From IMG/VR virus record IMGVR_UViG_3300042888_002988, positions 128,001 to 192,000 of that record: a stretch of DNA of 64,000 bases; one strand, 5' to 3'. Source of the DNA: a virus. Lineage: Duplodnaviria > Caudoviricetes. Positions within the stretch are counted from its first letter, which is position 1. Each line of letters begins with the position of its first letter. Below, in pieces: positions 9,606 through 18,867 of this stretch. The notes beneath the pieces are model-generated. The model worked only from the letters and a program-made list of their open reading frames with translations, did not search any database and was not told the DNA's origin. The position numbers and the translations under genes are program-made.

Positions 9606-10299
9606 CAGGGTCACTGTGGTGATCAAGACGTTCATCCGTTATCAGACTTTGCGGCGCACCATACGCCGCATTAAGTCCGTGTGGCCGGGTCTTCACATAA
9701 TCGTTGTAGACGACACGCCGTTGAAATTACGCAAGCCTATCGCGATACCTGGCGTGACGTTCGTCGTGACCGAGCCGGACATCGGGCTGTCTGCCGGACG
9801 TAACCGCGGGTTTGCGGAGGCATCGACCGAGTATGTGCTATACACTGACGATGATGCCTTTCCGCATGCGAGCTCATCGCTGGCCGATCTGGAGCACCTA
9901 GTGAAGCAACTGGACGCGGGCCTAGCGGATCTGATTGGGTGGCGAGGATGGACCATCAACGAGAATGGCGGCAGGCTGTCGTTTCGAGGAGTCAGGCCCG
10001 GGGATCTGACGGTGTGTCAAGTCACGGAAAATGCTTACATCGCCAGGCGCGCTGTACTGGTGCAAAATCCGCACCCTGAGGAGATCAAGATTAACGGGGA
10101 GCACTTCTCGTTCTTCTACTTGCTCTACAAGGCCAAGGTAAAAGTGCGTTGCTCCAAGCTTCTGCGCTTCATCAACACCAAGGCCAGAAATCCTGAGTAT
10201 ACAGCTTATCGCAACCGGACGTATCGTAAGGCTGCCAAGCGAGCGACCGGTTACCAAGGCGCGCTATGGCAAGCTCCATCAGCAGACAGTGGATCATGA
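9589..10299 (+). CDS. Glycosyltransferase family 2 (GT-A fold)
   Basis: VTVVIKTF, IIVVDD, GLSAGRNRG and YVLYTDDD (DxD) motifs. Confidence 0.85.
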   Translation: MENLHDRVTVVIKTFIRYQTLRRTIRRIKSVWPGLHIIVVDDTPLKLRKPIAIPGVTFVVTEPDIGLSAGRNRGFAEASTEYVLYTDDDAFPHASSSLADLEHLVKQLDAGLADLIGWRGWTINENGGRLSFRGVRPGDLTVCQVTENAYIARRAVLVQNPHPEEIKINGEHFSFFYLLYKAKVKVRCSKLLRFINTKARNPEYTAYRNRTYRKAAKRATGYQGALWQAPSADSGS

Positions 10300-10889
10300 T
10301 CGTTACCGAGTTGAACCTAGTGTTCCTACACCCCAGTAAGACGGGAGGAACTTCCGTAGAGAAGGCCCTGCTCTCGGCCCTCCTGCGCGGCCCGCTCAGC
10401 GATCTGGAGCGCAAGCATTACGCCATATGGGACAAAGGCAGCTCGCAGCACTGGCCTTTGGCGCACCTGCTGCGCCGTCGCCCGGAGGTTGCTAACTACA
10501 GGCAGGTGATGACGGTTCGCCATCCATACCACAGGTTCGTCAGTGAGTTCAATTATCAAGTGGCTGGTAATCGCTACAAGGTATCCCCATTTGAGCAATT
10601 CTACCGAAGCAATGATGTCAACGGGGCCATCCTCAGCGGCGCCCTGTGGCAGTGCAAGTATCCATGGCACGGCGCCAAGCAATGCGATTATCTGGGGGCA
10701 ACGACCGAGATCATGCGGCTCGAGACATTGTCCCAAGACTGGGCTCGATGCTTTCCGGAATTCGAAGCGCTGCCGCACGAAATGAAGTCTCGGTCGGTCG
10801 TCACTGTCGCCGACTTGGACGACGAAGCGAAGGCGGAGCTAGTGAGGCGCTACGAGGAGGACTTTAGAGTGTTTAATTATGAGCCATGA
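10296..10889 (+). CDS. Sulfotransferase family 2-like protein
   Basis: 5'-PSB-like FLHPSKTGGTSVE and 3'-PB-like VRHPYHRFVSEFNY motifs; ATGA overlap with GT2. Confidence 0.8.
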   Translation: MIVTELNLVFLHPSKTGGTSVEKALLSALLRGPLSDLERKHYAIWDKGSSQHWPLAHLLRRRPEVANYRQVMTVRHPYHRFVSEFNYQVAGNRYKVSPFEQFYRSNDVNGAILSGALWQCKYPWHGAKQCDYLGATTEIMRLETLSQDWARCFPEFEALPHEMKSRSVVTVADLDDEAKAELVRRYEEDFRVFNYEP

Positions 10890-12138
10890 TCTAACTCTGC
10901 AGGCCACGCCGTGGCATATAATCAACCCGACGCACATACCAGTAGCGGCGACGGCCAACCTTGGAGACGCCATACAGAGCGCAGCTGCGCGGAAACTGTG
11001 GCCGACCACGAAGCTCGTACATCGCGATAAGCCGCGCTCGTGGCCCAAAGATGCGATAGTACCACTTGTTGGGTGGTATGGACATCATCGACAACCATTT
11101 CCAGCGTCGGCGAACGTCGTCATAGTAGGCTTTCACTGCAACCCAAAGTCGGCGCGCTGCCTGAAAAATCGCGCGGAATGGTTTAAGTCGCAGGTGCGCA
11201 ATCAGGGCTTCCCAGCGTTCTGTCGTGATATTTACACGCGGGACCTGCTGCGATCGGTCGGTGTTGATGCGGAGTTCGGTGGCTGCGTCACGCTTACGCT
11301 ACCTCCCCATACGGGCCCACGATCGGGGAGTATTGTCATCGATGTAGCCGGAGCCGATCCGCGAGAGTTGAGCACGCACGAAATCGTAGCGCTTAGCAAT
11401 ATCCGGGCAGAGCAGCGCCTGATAGAAGCGAACAAACAGATAGCGCAGCTGGGGAGCGCGTTGACTGTGCGGACCTCCCGCCTCCACGCGTGGTTGCCTA
11501 GCCTGGCCGCGGGAACAAACGCATCGTTGATATTTCCGCCGGCCGCCGGTGACGTCAGGTTCACCGGCTACAACATCAACGCCAAGACCCGGCAGGAGCT
11601 GTTTTCTCAGACGTCGCGCGCAGAGCCGCATCGTTACCGCCTCATCGAGGGGTGGTTTGACTTCGCAGATGTATACCGGGATATCGCCGATCGATTGCCG
11701 ACGGGCGGCACGTTTGTGGAGCTGGGAGTTTACGCCGGAAAGTCGCTTAGCTTCATGGTTGATTATCTGGCGTATCTAGGCAAGGAAGCGCGTGTGCTGG
11801 GTGTCGACCTTTTTGATCGGGTAGCCAAGCCCAAAGTAGAAAGCGCGCTGGGGGACGGCGCAGAGCTGCTGCAAGCTGATTCGGCGGCGGCAGCTGCAGC
11901 ATTTGCCGATGGTTCTGTGGACGCCGTGTTCGTGGACGCAAATCACTCGGCGGACGCCGTGGCAGCGGACATCCGGGCGTGGCTGCCTAAACTGTCCGCG
12001 ACGGGCGTCATTGCCGGCCATGACCTAAGTCCAGGTCACCCGGGTGTGCGGCGTGGGCTGTTGCGCGCTGGTATCCCGTATGAGCCAGTTTCCGCCGCCT
12101 GCTGGATACATGATCGCCGTCAATCTGAAGTTGACTAG
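10879..12138 (+). CDS. Fusion of polysaccharide pyruvyltransferase-like and class I SAM methyltransferase (Methyltransf_24-like) domains
   Basis: N-half NLGDAIQS, CRD, GCVTLTL, TSRLH; C-half FVELGVYAGKS, FVDANHS, GVIAGHD. Confidence 0.75.
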   Translation: MSHDLTLQATPWHIINPTHIPVAATANLGDAIQSAAARKLWPTTKLVHRDKPRSWPKDAIVPLVGWYGHHRQPFPASANVVIVGFHCNPKSARCLKNRAEWFKSQVRNQGFPAFCRDIYTRDLLRSVGVDAEFGGCVTLTLPPHTGPRSGSIVIDVAGADPRELSTHEIVALSNIRAEQRLIEANKQIAQLGSALTVRTSRLHAWLPSLAAGTNASLIFPPAAGDVRFTGYNINAKTRQELFSQTSRAEPHRYRLIEGWFDFADVYRDIADRLPTGGTFVELGVYAGKSLSFMVDYLAYLGKEARVLGVDLFDRVAKPKVESALGDGAELLQADSAAAAAAFADGSVDAVFVDANHSADAVAADIRAWLPKLSATGVIAGHDLSPGHPGVRRGLLRAGIPYEPVSAACWIHDRRQSEVD

Positions 12139-12165
12139 GTGGCCCCTCAGGATTAGCCATAGCTC

Positions 12166-12549
12166 ATGCCTCTTTCGCTGGTAGCGCTCATCGCCCTCAT
12201 CGTCCTGCTGGTCGCCGGCTGGACTGCCGCCTGGTTGTATTGGTTCTTCGAGGGTGATCTGCGTCACGCTCTGTTCGCCTTCGTCTTCCCAGAATCTTGG
12301 CGCGCCGATCGTCACAAGGAGGATCTGCTCACACTCAACCGGGAGGATTTTGAGATGTTCCTGGCTGCCGAATCCGCCGCGCCACCATTCGTCCGCGGCG
12401 TGCTGGGATGCCCTGGTTGCTTTTCCGCCTACGTGTCGGCCTCAGGCACTGCTCTGGGTGTCGCGAGTTTTTTCTTCCCCATCTTCCTGGTGCCGTTGAT
12501 ATGGGCATCGGCGGCATGGGCTGGCCATCGCCTTCTCCACAACACCTGA
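12166..12549 (+). CDS. Membrane protein with CxxC (DUF1360-like)
   Basis: Hydrophobic helices flanking VLGCPGCFSAY. Confidence 0.5.
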   Translation: MPLSLVALIALIVLLVAGWTAAWLYWFFEGDLRHALFAFVFPESWRADRHKEDLLTLNREDFEMFLAAESAAPPFVRGVLGCPGCFSAYVSASGTALGVASFFFPIFLVPLIWASAAWAGHRLLHNT

Positions 12550-12554
12550 GACCC

Positions 12555-12926
12555 ATGAATCGCAAACTCCGAATCTTCCGTATGATGGGTGACAAACGCG
12601 TCCCCTACACCATCGAGCTGGACGAACAGCTCACCGTCATCGCCGAATACGCCGACACCTCCGCGCTGGATCATGTGGCGATGGGGCGGAAGCCCGAGGC
12701 GGAAGCGTCGTCACCCGAGCGCAGGAAAGCCATGCTGGTCGCGCGCTGGACGACGCCGGCCGTGGACGTCAATCCGATCCCCGGCAGCGAGGAGCTCCGC
12801 CAGGAATTCTTCGAGGCGAAGCGGAAGTTGGACGAGCAGCACGGCGTCAAAGGTTGCCCCAGCTGCAAGCTCGGCCCGCTCATTCGTCAATATCGCGAGA
12901 AGCTGGAAAAGGCCAACCTGCTATGA
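12555..12926 (+). CDS. Hypothetical protein with C-terminal CPSC motif
   Basis: ORF in operon; ATGA overlap with next gene. Confidence 0.6.
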   Translation: MNRKLRIFRMMGDKRVPYTIELDEQLTVIAEYADTSALDHVAMGRKPEAEASSPERRKAMLVARWTTPAVDVNPIPGSEELRQEFFEAKRKLDEQHGVKGCPSCKLGPLIRQYREKLEKANLL

Positions 12927-13102
12927 GCATCCCGGGTATGTCGCAGTATCCGGACCTTGAGCAGAAATACCGCCATCAACTGGCCGACGCGCGCTCCCAG
13001 CGCTCCTCTTGCTCCTCCTGCGCAGTCAACAAGGTGCACGAGAAATTCAGGCGCTTATTAAGTGAAAGGCTCAAGCGTGACAAAGTGCTGAAGAAGCGGT
13101 AG
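12923..13102 (+). CDS. Small CxxC protein resembling the C-terminus of the preceding ORF
   Basis: SCSSCAVNKVHEKFRRLL vs GCPSCKLGPLIRQYREKL; ATGA coupling. Confidence 0.55.
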   Translation: MSIPGMSQYPDLEQKYRHQLADARSQRSSCSSCAVNKVHEKFRRLLSERLKRDKVLKKR

Positions 13103-13111
13103 AGTAGCCGC

Positions 13112-13840
13112 GTGAACCAAGATCTCCCGCCGGTAATTCCGCCAGAAACACCCGAGTCGATCTACGACGCGTGGCGTGTGGATCCCACCCCTGACAACCT
13201 GGGGCGGGTCGTGAAGTCCTTGGACAACACGATCAATTATAAGCTGTCCACCATGGGGATCGGGGACAACCCTCAGATGCGTCACCAGGCCCGCCTGTTT
13301 GCGGCGGACGCGGTCAAGAAGTTCGACCCAGCCTCCGGCACCAATCTCCGCACATGGACGCAGAGCCAGCTCCAGTCGCTGCAGCGCTACCGCCGGGAGT
13401 CGCAGGGGCCGGTGAAGATTCCGGACCGCGCCTCACTGGACGCCTGGACGCTGGAGAAGACCTCGCGCGAGCTGGAGGATGAGCTCGGCTTCGAACCCGA
13501 CGTGAAACAGTTAGCCGACCGTTCTGGGCTTTCGGTCAAACGGATCGCCGCCGTGCGCAAGATCACCCGACCGATGGCCGCCGCCGCGCAGATGTATGAC
13601 GACGGTCAAACGCCGACTGATTTCCTGGGGGAAGCGCTGGAATACATCTACGACACTTCCGACCGCACCGACCGCAAGATCATCGAACTCACGACTGGCT
13701 ACGGCGGCTCACCGGTGATGGCGAAGAATGAGATTGCTCTCAAGCTGGGCATATCGCCGTCGCAGGTCACCCGGCGCGCCGACAGAATTGGCTTCAAGGT
13801 GCAGGAGATGGATCAACAGATCGAGGGGGTGCACGCATGA
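13112..13840 (+). CDS. Phage sigma-70-family factor (FliA/SigB-like)
   Basis: Region 2 AVKKFDPASGTNLRTW, region 3 ELGFEPDVKQLADRSGLS, region 4 HTH NEIALKLGISPSQVTRR. Confidence 0.85.
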   Translation: MNQDLPPVIPPETPESIYDAWRVDPTPDNLGRVVKSLDNTINYKLSTMGIGDNPQMRHQARLFAADAVKKFDPASGTNLRTWTQSQLQSLQRYRRESQGPVKIPDRASLDAWTLEKTSRELEDELGFEPDVKQLADRSGLSVKRIAAVRKITRPMAAAAQMYDDGQTPTDFLGEALEYIYDTSDRTDRKIIELTTGYGGSPVMAKNEIALKLGISPSQVTRRADRIGFKVQEMDQQIEGVHA

Positions 13841-14136
13841 GAGGTCACGCGATCGCCAAGGAGGAAGACCGCACGCGTGCTTTCCAGGAGCACCGGCAGG
13901 AGCTGCAGGGGCGTCTACCCAAGGGGCCGTTCGAGTTCGCGGCAGATCTGGATTTCAAGGACATCAAGCCCGATGATAAGGACCCGCCTGTGGTGCGGCG
14001 TTTCAAGCTGGCTGTGGCGCGCGATGCGCGATACGCTGTGGCTTCAGGCCCCTACCTGCAGATCTTCGGTCTCAGCCAGGGCCTGCGGTCTATCTACGAC
14101 GGTGGTGCTCAAATCCAAGACGGCAGTGCAACATGA
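13837..14136 (+). CDS. Hypothetical protein
   Basis: ATGA overlaps at both ends. Confidence 0.6.
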   Translation: MRGHAIAKEEDRTRAFQEHRQELQGRLPKGPFEFAADLDFKDIKPDDKDPPVVRRFKLAVARDARYAVASGPYLQIFGLSQGLRSIYDGGAQIQDGSAT

Positions 14137-14534
14137 AAGCTATAAAAGTCATATTCGGGGGGGCCAACAAGGTGGCTATCGACTGGAACGGTTCAGTTGA
14201 CGGATTGACTGCGGTCGCGCAACGCGCCGGCATCTCGCTGATGACGCAGGAAGGCTCGGACAAGTTCCTGCCAGCGCGCGGCACCAACGTGTCGCGGGTG
14301 CTGTTCAGCTACGGCGCGTTCGATGTCATGGGAATGCAGCACGTGCTCAATTTCGGGGCGTTGAAAGCTCGCAGCGACATGCAAGCCTTCGACGAACCTT
14401 CCCGCGCGCCGGAGGACAGGGTCATCGCGATCCGCACGACGCTGATCACCGTGAAGAACAACGCCGCCCAGGTGGGCGTCACCGTATCCAACCAAGCCGG
14501 GCAGACGACCCGGGCCATCACTGAAATCGAATGA
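14133..14534 (+). CDS. gp25/GPW-like baseplate wedge protein
   Basis: 133 aa, TQEGSDKFLPARGT motif, directly upstream of the J-like gene. Confidence 0.55.
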   Translation: MKAIKVIFGGANKVAIDWNGSVDGLTAVAQRAGISLMTQEGSDKFLPARGTNVSRVLFSYGAFDVMGMQHVLNFGALKARSDMQAFDEPSRAPEDRVIAIRTTLITVKNNAAQVGVTVSNQAGQTTRAITEIE

Positions 14535-16282
14535 ACCTGAGCTTCACCCAAGAATACTACCCGTCCGTCGAGGAACTCACACCAGAGCAGATCACCGCTG
14601 CTCGCGAGCAGATTGTCACCGCCCTGCGGCCGTTCATGCCCGACGTGGACTTGACGCCCGGAACGCCGACGGGTGACTTCGTGGTCACGCCCATGGCGGT
14701 CTACCGCGCCGCAGCTGAGGAAGCCAACAATCGCCTGATGAGCGACCTGGACCTGGCGAACGTCGCGGACGGTCTGATCTACTCGTGCGAGTTCGTCAAA
14801 GCCTACCTCGGCAACTTCGCCGTCTACGATGTCGACAACCTGCGCGCCAGCGGGTTGGTGCGGTTGACTTTCACCAGTCCCCTCGCGAGGGATATCGCCC
14901 GCACCATTCGGTTCCAGTTCAACACCGAGGACGACTGGACGCTGATGGTGGCTGATCCGAATACCACAGTCATCAAGATCCTGCAGGCCGGCAGCGCCCA
15001 TAACGGCCAGCCGGACACCTACGTCCTCGCGCAGACCACAGCGAACACATGGGCCGTTGACGTGCCGGTGGAGGGAGTGCTGAGCGCGCCGATCGAGGCA
15101 GGCACCGCCGGTGCCGCCACCGAAATTGCCACGGATCTCGTCGGGATCGCCGCAGCGATCAAGTTCATGTCCGGCGTGCCGTCCGCGTCGCTCCCCGATC
15201 TGGCCAGGATGGCTCGCAAGATTGCATTCTCAATCACGGCCGGCTCGCGCGCCTCCACGAAAGCACTGGTGTATCGCAACTGGCCCGAGTCCAACATGGT
15301 GTCGCCGGTCGTTCCAGGCGACGACGAGATGCAGCGAATGGCCGCGCTGTCGCCACTGGGACTGCAGTCGCCGGCCGTGGATCTCTACTTCCGCTCGGCG
15401 CGCGACATGCAGCGTGTCACCCAGAACATCCGACTGGATTATGTGAACGCTGCCGGTGCGCCGGCCGCCAAGGTTTTCCGCGGCGTGCTGCCTCTCCTGC
15501 ACCGGCCCTCGCGCATCCTGGGCATCGAGTGGTCCGGAACCTCAACTGAGTCCAAGGTGATCAACTACCGGGTGTTCAGCAAATCCGAGCGCGCCGACCT
15601 TTTCGGAAGTTCGCACTGCGGCACCCGGTTCGAGTCACTGTATGCGCAACTGGTGCCGGTCCTTGACGGCTCCTCCACCCCGCTCATCCCGTTGAGTCAG
15701 GATGTCAACGGGCAATACGCCATCTTCACGATCACCTACGACTGCGACCCGCTGCTGGAGACGGTATCGTCGCTCCTTGAGTCGCCGGAGTATCGACCTG
15801 CGGGCGTGGATGTGCTGGTGAAATCGGGCCCGTTGGTTCTGTTCGAGGACCTGGCCATTACCTACGTCAAGAAACAGGGCGTGAAGACCACGCTCAACAC
15901 CGCGCGTGAACGCATCGTCGAGTATCTGCGCACAGCTGGACACCCGGACGACTTCCGGGTGACGGAGCTTTACGACATCGTCCGCAACGCCGGAGCCGAC
16001 AAGGTGCTGCAGCTGACTGCCTCCGGTCAGATCCTGGTATCGGCCGCGAACAAGCTGTTCCGTGCCGCGGTCACGTCACCGCTGGCGACCGCGAATTGGG
16101 ACACCCCGTCGGACTGGTTGCAGGTCATCCCATTCGTCGCCGTTGAAGAAGTTGCCGCTCCGGCGATCATCATCAACGGTCCCATGTCTCCCGGCGGCCC
16201 GACGGATATCTGGGCGGCCACCAATCGCACGGTGCGCTATGCGACAGACCCCTCAAGCGTGAGATTCATTGAAACCTCCTGA
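14531..16282 (+). CDS. Baseplate J-like (gp6/gp47-type) wedge protein
   Basis: N-terminal DLTPGTPTGDFVVTP; AGTAG and AGSRAS segments typical of J-like proteins; synteny. Confidence 0.6.
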   Translation: MNLSFTQEYYPSVEELTPEQITAAREQIVTALRPFMPDVDLTPGTPTGDFVVTPMAVYRAAAEEANNRLMSDLDLANVADGLIYSCEFVKAYLGNFAVYDVDNLRASGLVRLTFTSPLARDIARTIRFQFNTEDDWTLMVADPNTTVIKILQAGSAHNGQPDTYVLAQTTANTWAVDVPVEGVLSAPIEAGTAGAATEIATDLVGIAAAIKFMSGVPSASLPDLARMARKIAFSITAGSRASTKALVYRNWPESNMVSPVVPGDDEMQRMAALSPLGLQSPAVDLYFRSARDMQRVTQNIRLDYVNAAGAPAAKVFRGVLPLLHRPSRILGIEWSGTSTESKVINYRVFSKSERADLFGSSHCGTRFESLYAQLVPVLDGSSTPLIPLSQDVNGQYAIFTITYDCDPLLETVSSLLESPEYRPAGVDVLVKSGPLVLFEDLAITYVKKQGVKTTLNTARERIVEYLRTAGHPDDFRVTELYDIVRNAGADKVLQLTASGQILVSAANKLFRAAVTSPLATANWDTPSDWLQVIPFVAVEEVAAPAIIINGPMSPGGPTDIWAATNRTVRYATDPSSVRFIETS

Positions 16283-17811
16283 TGAAAGCAGACTACGAAC
16301 TTCGGCACAAGCTATACGGGCAGCAGGGATCCCTGTGGGAACGCCAAGTGGACGACGTGACTCGCGGTCGCATCCGCGCGATCGTGTCCGAGGCTGGCCA
16401 CGCCTCCACGCTGGCGACACTTGATCGAGTGGCGGCCGGCGCTGTGAACGAGGGCCAGGTGCTCGTGGAGGATACCTTTTTCCGCTTCGTGGACGGCGAC
16501 TTCGCAGTGGTCGGAAGACGCCAGCGTGATTACAACCACCGCAGTGTGGTGCTGTCCGACGGCTCGCGTGTATACGTGGGCTACCGAGCGGGCGCCGGCA
16601 GCTACAGCGCTGATCCGATCCCCACAATACTGGCGAACGTATCCGATGCTTTCCTGAGTTACATCGACGGCACTCGTATGGGCATCAACGGCGACGCGAC
16701 GCGGGACTGGTATCTCGTGCCGACGCCGTCGACGCTGCGACCCATCGTCATCCAAGGAAAGAACTTCGGTGAGTATCTCATCCAGGGCGTGGACTTCTTG
16801 GCGTTTGACGGCTACATCGCGCTCACCGACTCGCCGACCGAAGTGCTCCCGCTGGGGCTGGTGAAGGTGAACTCGGCCTACCGCAAGGTTTCGTCGCCCA
16901 ACAACTTCGTGCTCTCCGCGCCGGCCCAGCGCACAGGCCACAAGTGGATGGCCGAGTATGCCTACAAGACGCAATCGGTGGAAGCCTGCCGGCGCGCGGC
17001 AGCCGAGTATGCCGGCCTCTACGTTTTCGACGAAGCCGACGTGGCGCTGAGTGTCTATGACATGGGCGGCGTCGCGAGAACCTACAACATGGCCGTGGCC
17101 GGAGTGCTGGAGATCACCTACCCCCACACACCGCTGACGCTGCGACAGACGGTGGAAGCTGGCTTCGTGCTGTGTCGCCGTTTCGATCTGGTGTCAGCGC
17201 GACACCTAGCCGAAGACAACGCCCTGAGAAATGCAGCCAGCGGATGGGATTACCCTTTCGCGCTGGACGGTGTCCTGCCTGTCAACGGTCTCACTTGGGA
17301 CGGCGGCACGGTCACCATCGAAGCCGGCGCCACAGATCCCGGCACCGGTAAAGTGCATGCCCGCATGATGTTTGAAGGCGAGCAGGAAACGCTCGAGGCA
17401 CTATGGCGACTGACCGCCGCGCAGGAACTCGCCACAGGTGAGTTCCTGGTGGACACGCCGCTGCTCAGCGGTGGATTTCCGGGTGTGGTGGACGGGTGGG
17501 ATTTGTTCCAAACCTTCTACGGCTCGCAGCTGCTGCTGGCGCTCGCCTCAAGTCACGATCCAACGATCAACAGCCGGCTGTGGCGTTTCCTGTCCGAGCA
17601 TCACCCGAAGTCATGCAACCTGCTGCTCAGTATAGATCTCGCGGCGGAGACTGTCCCCGTCACCGGCGGCAGCGGCGAGCCGCTGGTGGACGAGGTGGGA
17701 GAGTATGTCGCCGCGCCGCTGATTGAACCGTGCGAGGAGTTCCTGCTGGCCGTCCTCGGTAACCCGCTGTATGTCGTCGGCAATCCGCTGACCTACACGC
17801 TATGCTCCTAA
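16282..17811 (+). CDS. Baseplate wedge-associated protein
   Basis: 509 aa; TGATG coupling to the J-like gene; synteny only. Confidence 0.5.
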   Translation: MKADYELRHKLYGQQGSLWERQVDDVTRGRIRAIVSEAGHASTLATLDRVAAGAVNEGQVLVEDTFFRFVDGDFAVVGRRQRDYNHRSVVLSDGSRVYVGYRAGAGSYSADPIPTILANVSDAFLSYIDGTRMGINGDATRDWYLVPTPSTLRPIVIQGKNFGEYLIQGVDFLAFDGYIALTDSPTEVLPLGLVKVNSAYRKVSSPNNFVLSAPAQRTGHKWMAEYAYKTQSVEACRRAAAEYAGLYVFDEADVALSVYDMGGVARTYNMAVAGVLEITYPHTPLTLRQTVEAGFVLCRRFDLVSARHLAEDNALRNAASGWDYPFALDGVLPVNGLTWDGGTVTIEAGATDPGTGKVHARMMFEGEQETLEALWRLTAAQELATGEFLVDTPLLSGGFPGVVDGWDLFQTFYGSQLLLALASSHDPTINSRLWRFLSEHHPKSCNLLLSIDLAAETVPVTGGSGEPLVDEVGEYVAAPLIEPCEEFLLAVLGNPLYVVGNPLTYTLCS

Positions 17812-17833
17812 CAACCCAAATACCCTCGAGCAC

Positions 17834-18427
17834 ATGTTCAAACTGATCAGAGACCAGACATCCATCGGCGATGTGCTGAGCAACCGCGGACTGTGGCCGG
17901 TGAGCTACTCTGCCTACTACACGGAGAACAATCAACCGGCCGCCATCTTCGTGATGCATTCATCACCGAGCCCGGATGTATTTGCTGACAGCTTTTCTTG
18001 CGTGGTCAGCGCCATCCAAATGACGGACTTGCCGGCGACGGCTCCGGAATTAGGGAGTCCGTTCTACAGGGTGTCTAGTTTCACCAAGCTTTTCCAGGAC
18101 GCCGTTTCCGCCGTCGCTTTCGATGAGAAGATCAAGGCCCTCACGCAGGACCTGGTAAATAATCTATACGCCGCGGGACAGCTGAGCGAAGTGCAGAACA
18201 CCGTATTCGAGCCTCTGGGCGGTGGTGGCACCGACGTCCCAGCCCCCAGCAGCGGATCTGACCCAGGCAGCGTCGGCAGCGAATCTGACTCTGGCAGCGG
18301 ATCTGACCCAGGCAGCGTCGGCAGCGAATCTGACTCTGGCAGTGGCTCCGACCCAGGCAGCGTCGGCAGCGAATCTGACTCTGGCAGTGGCTCCGACTCA
18401 GGCAGCTTCGGCAGCACGTCAGGCTGA
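17834..18427 (+). CDS. Hypothetical structural protein (paralog A) with Ser/Gly/Asp repeat tail
   Basis: N-terminal ~120 aa similar to 18475-18867. Confidence 0.7.
   Translation: MFKLIRDQTSIGDVLSNRGLWPVSYSAYYTENNQPAAIFVMHSSPSPDVFADSFSCVVSAIQMTDLPATAPELGSPFYRVSSFTKLFQDAVSAVAFDEKIKALTQDLVNNLYAAGQLSEVQNTVFEPLGGGGTDVPAPSSGSDPGSVGSESDSGSGSDPGSVGSESDSGSGSDPGSVGSESDSGSGSDSGSFGSTSG
18254..18410 (+). repeat. 42-nt coding tandem repeat (SGSDPGSVGSESDS) x3 plus a degenerate copy
   Basis: gacccaggcagcgtcggcagcgaatctgactct recurs every 42 nt. Confidence 0.9.
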
Positions 18428-18439
18428 CAGTCGCGCGTC

Positions 18440-18468
18440 TTGTATTTTCGATCCAACTCAAGTATCCT
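18440..18468 (+). promoter_or_regulatory. Putative sigma70-type promoter positioned for a leaderless mRNA
   Basis: TTGTAT-17 nt-TATCCT, with the ATG at 18475 about where the TSS is expected. Confidence 0.45.
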
Positions 18469-18474
18469 ACCGCA

Positions 18475-18867
18475 ATGTTCCGGCTGATCAGAGATGAAAC
18501 GACACCCACAGTAATGGTTGGCAGCCGCCATCAATGGGCCGTGCGCTTCACCGCGAGCCGCACCTTGAATTCTGCGCCCGCCGCGATCTTCGTCATGCGG
18601 AAAGCGCTGGCAACCGACGTGTTTGCTGACAGCCTCATCAGCGTCGCGAACGCGCTGCAGATGAGCGCACTGCCGATAGCTCCGCCAGATGTAGACGATC
18701 AGGTTTACCGGGCGAGCACCGTGACGCACCTCTGCCGCAGCGAAAAAGCCGCGGAAGAGTTCGTCAGCAAGATGGAGTTCGCCGTGCAGTATCTAGTCGA
18801 GGATCTCCACGCCGCCGACGGACTCAGCCAGCCGGAGGAAACACTAATCACGCCCGACAATGACTGA
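18475..18867 (+). CDS. Hypothetical structural protein (paralog B)
   Basis: MF(K/R)LIRD, PAAIFVM, DVFADS, QM..LP..P and YR.S shared with 17834 ORF. Confidence 0.7.
   Translation: MFRLIRDETTPTVMVGSRHQWAVRFTASRTLNSAPAAIFVMRKALATDVFADSLISVANALQMSALPIAPPDVDDQVYRASTVTHLCRSEKAAEEFVSKMEFAVQYLVEDLHAADGLSQPEETLITPDND

Noticed and set aside
18254-18410. 42-nt repeats as CRISPR or a regulatory array
   Set aside because: In-frame coding repeats with no spacers
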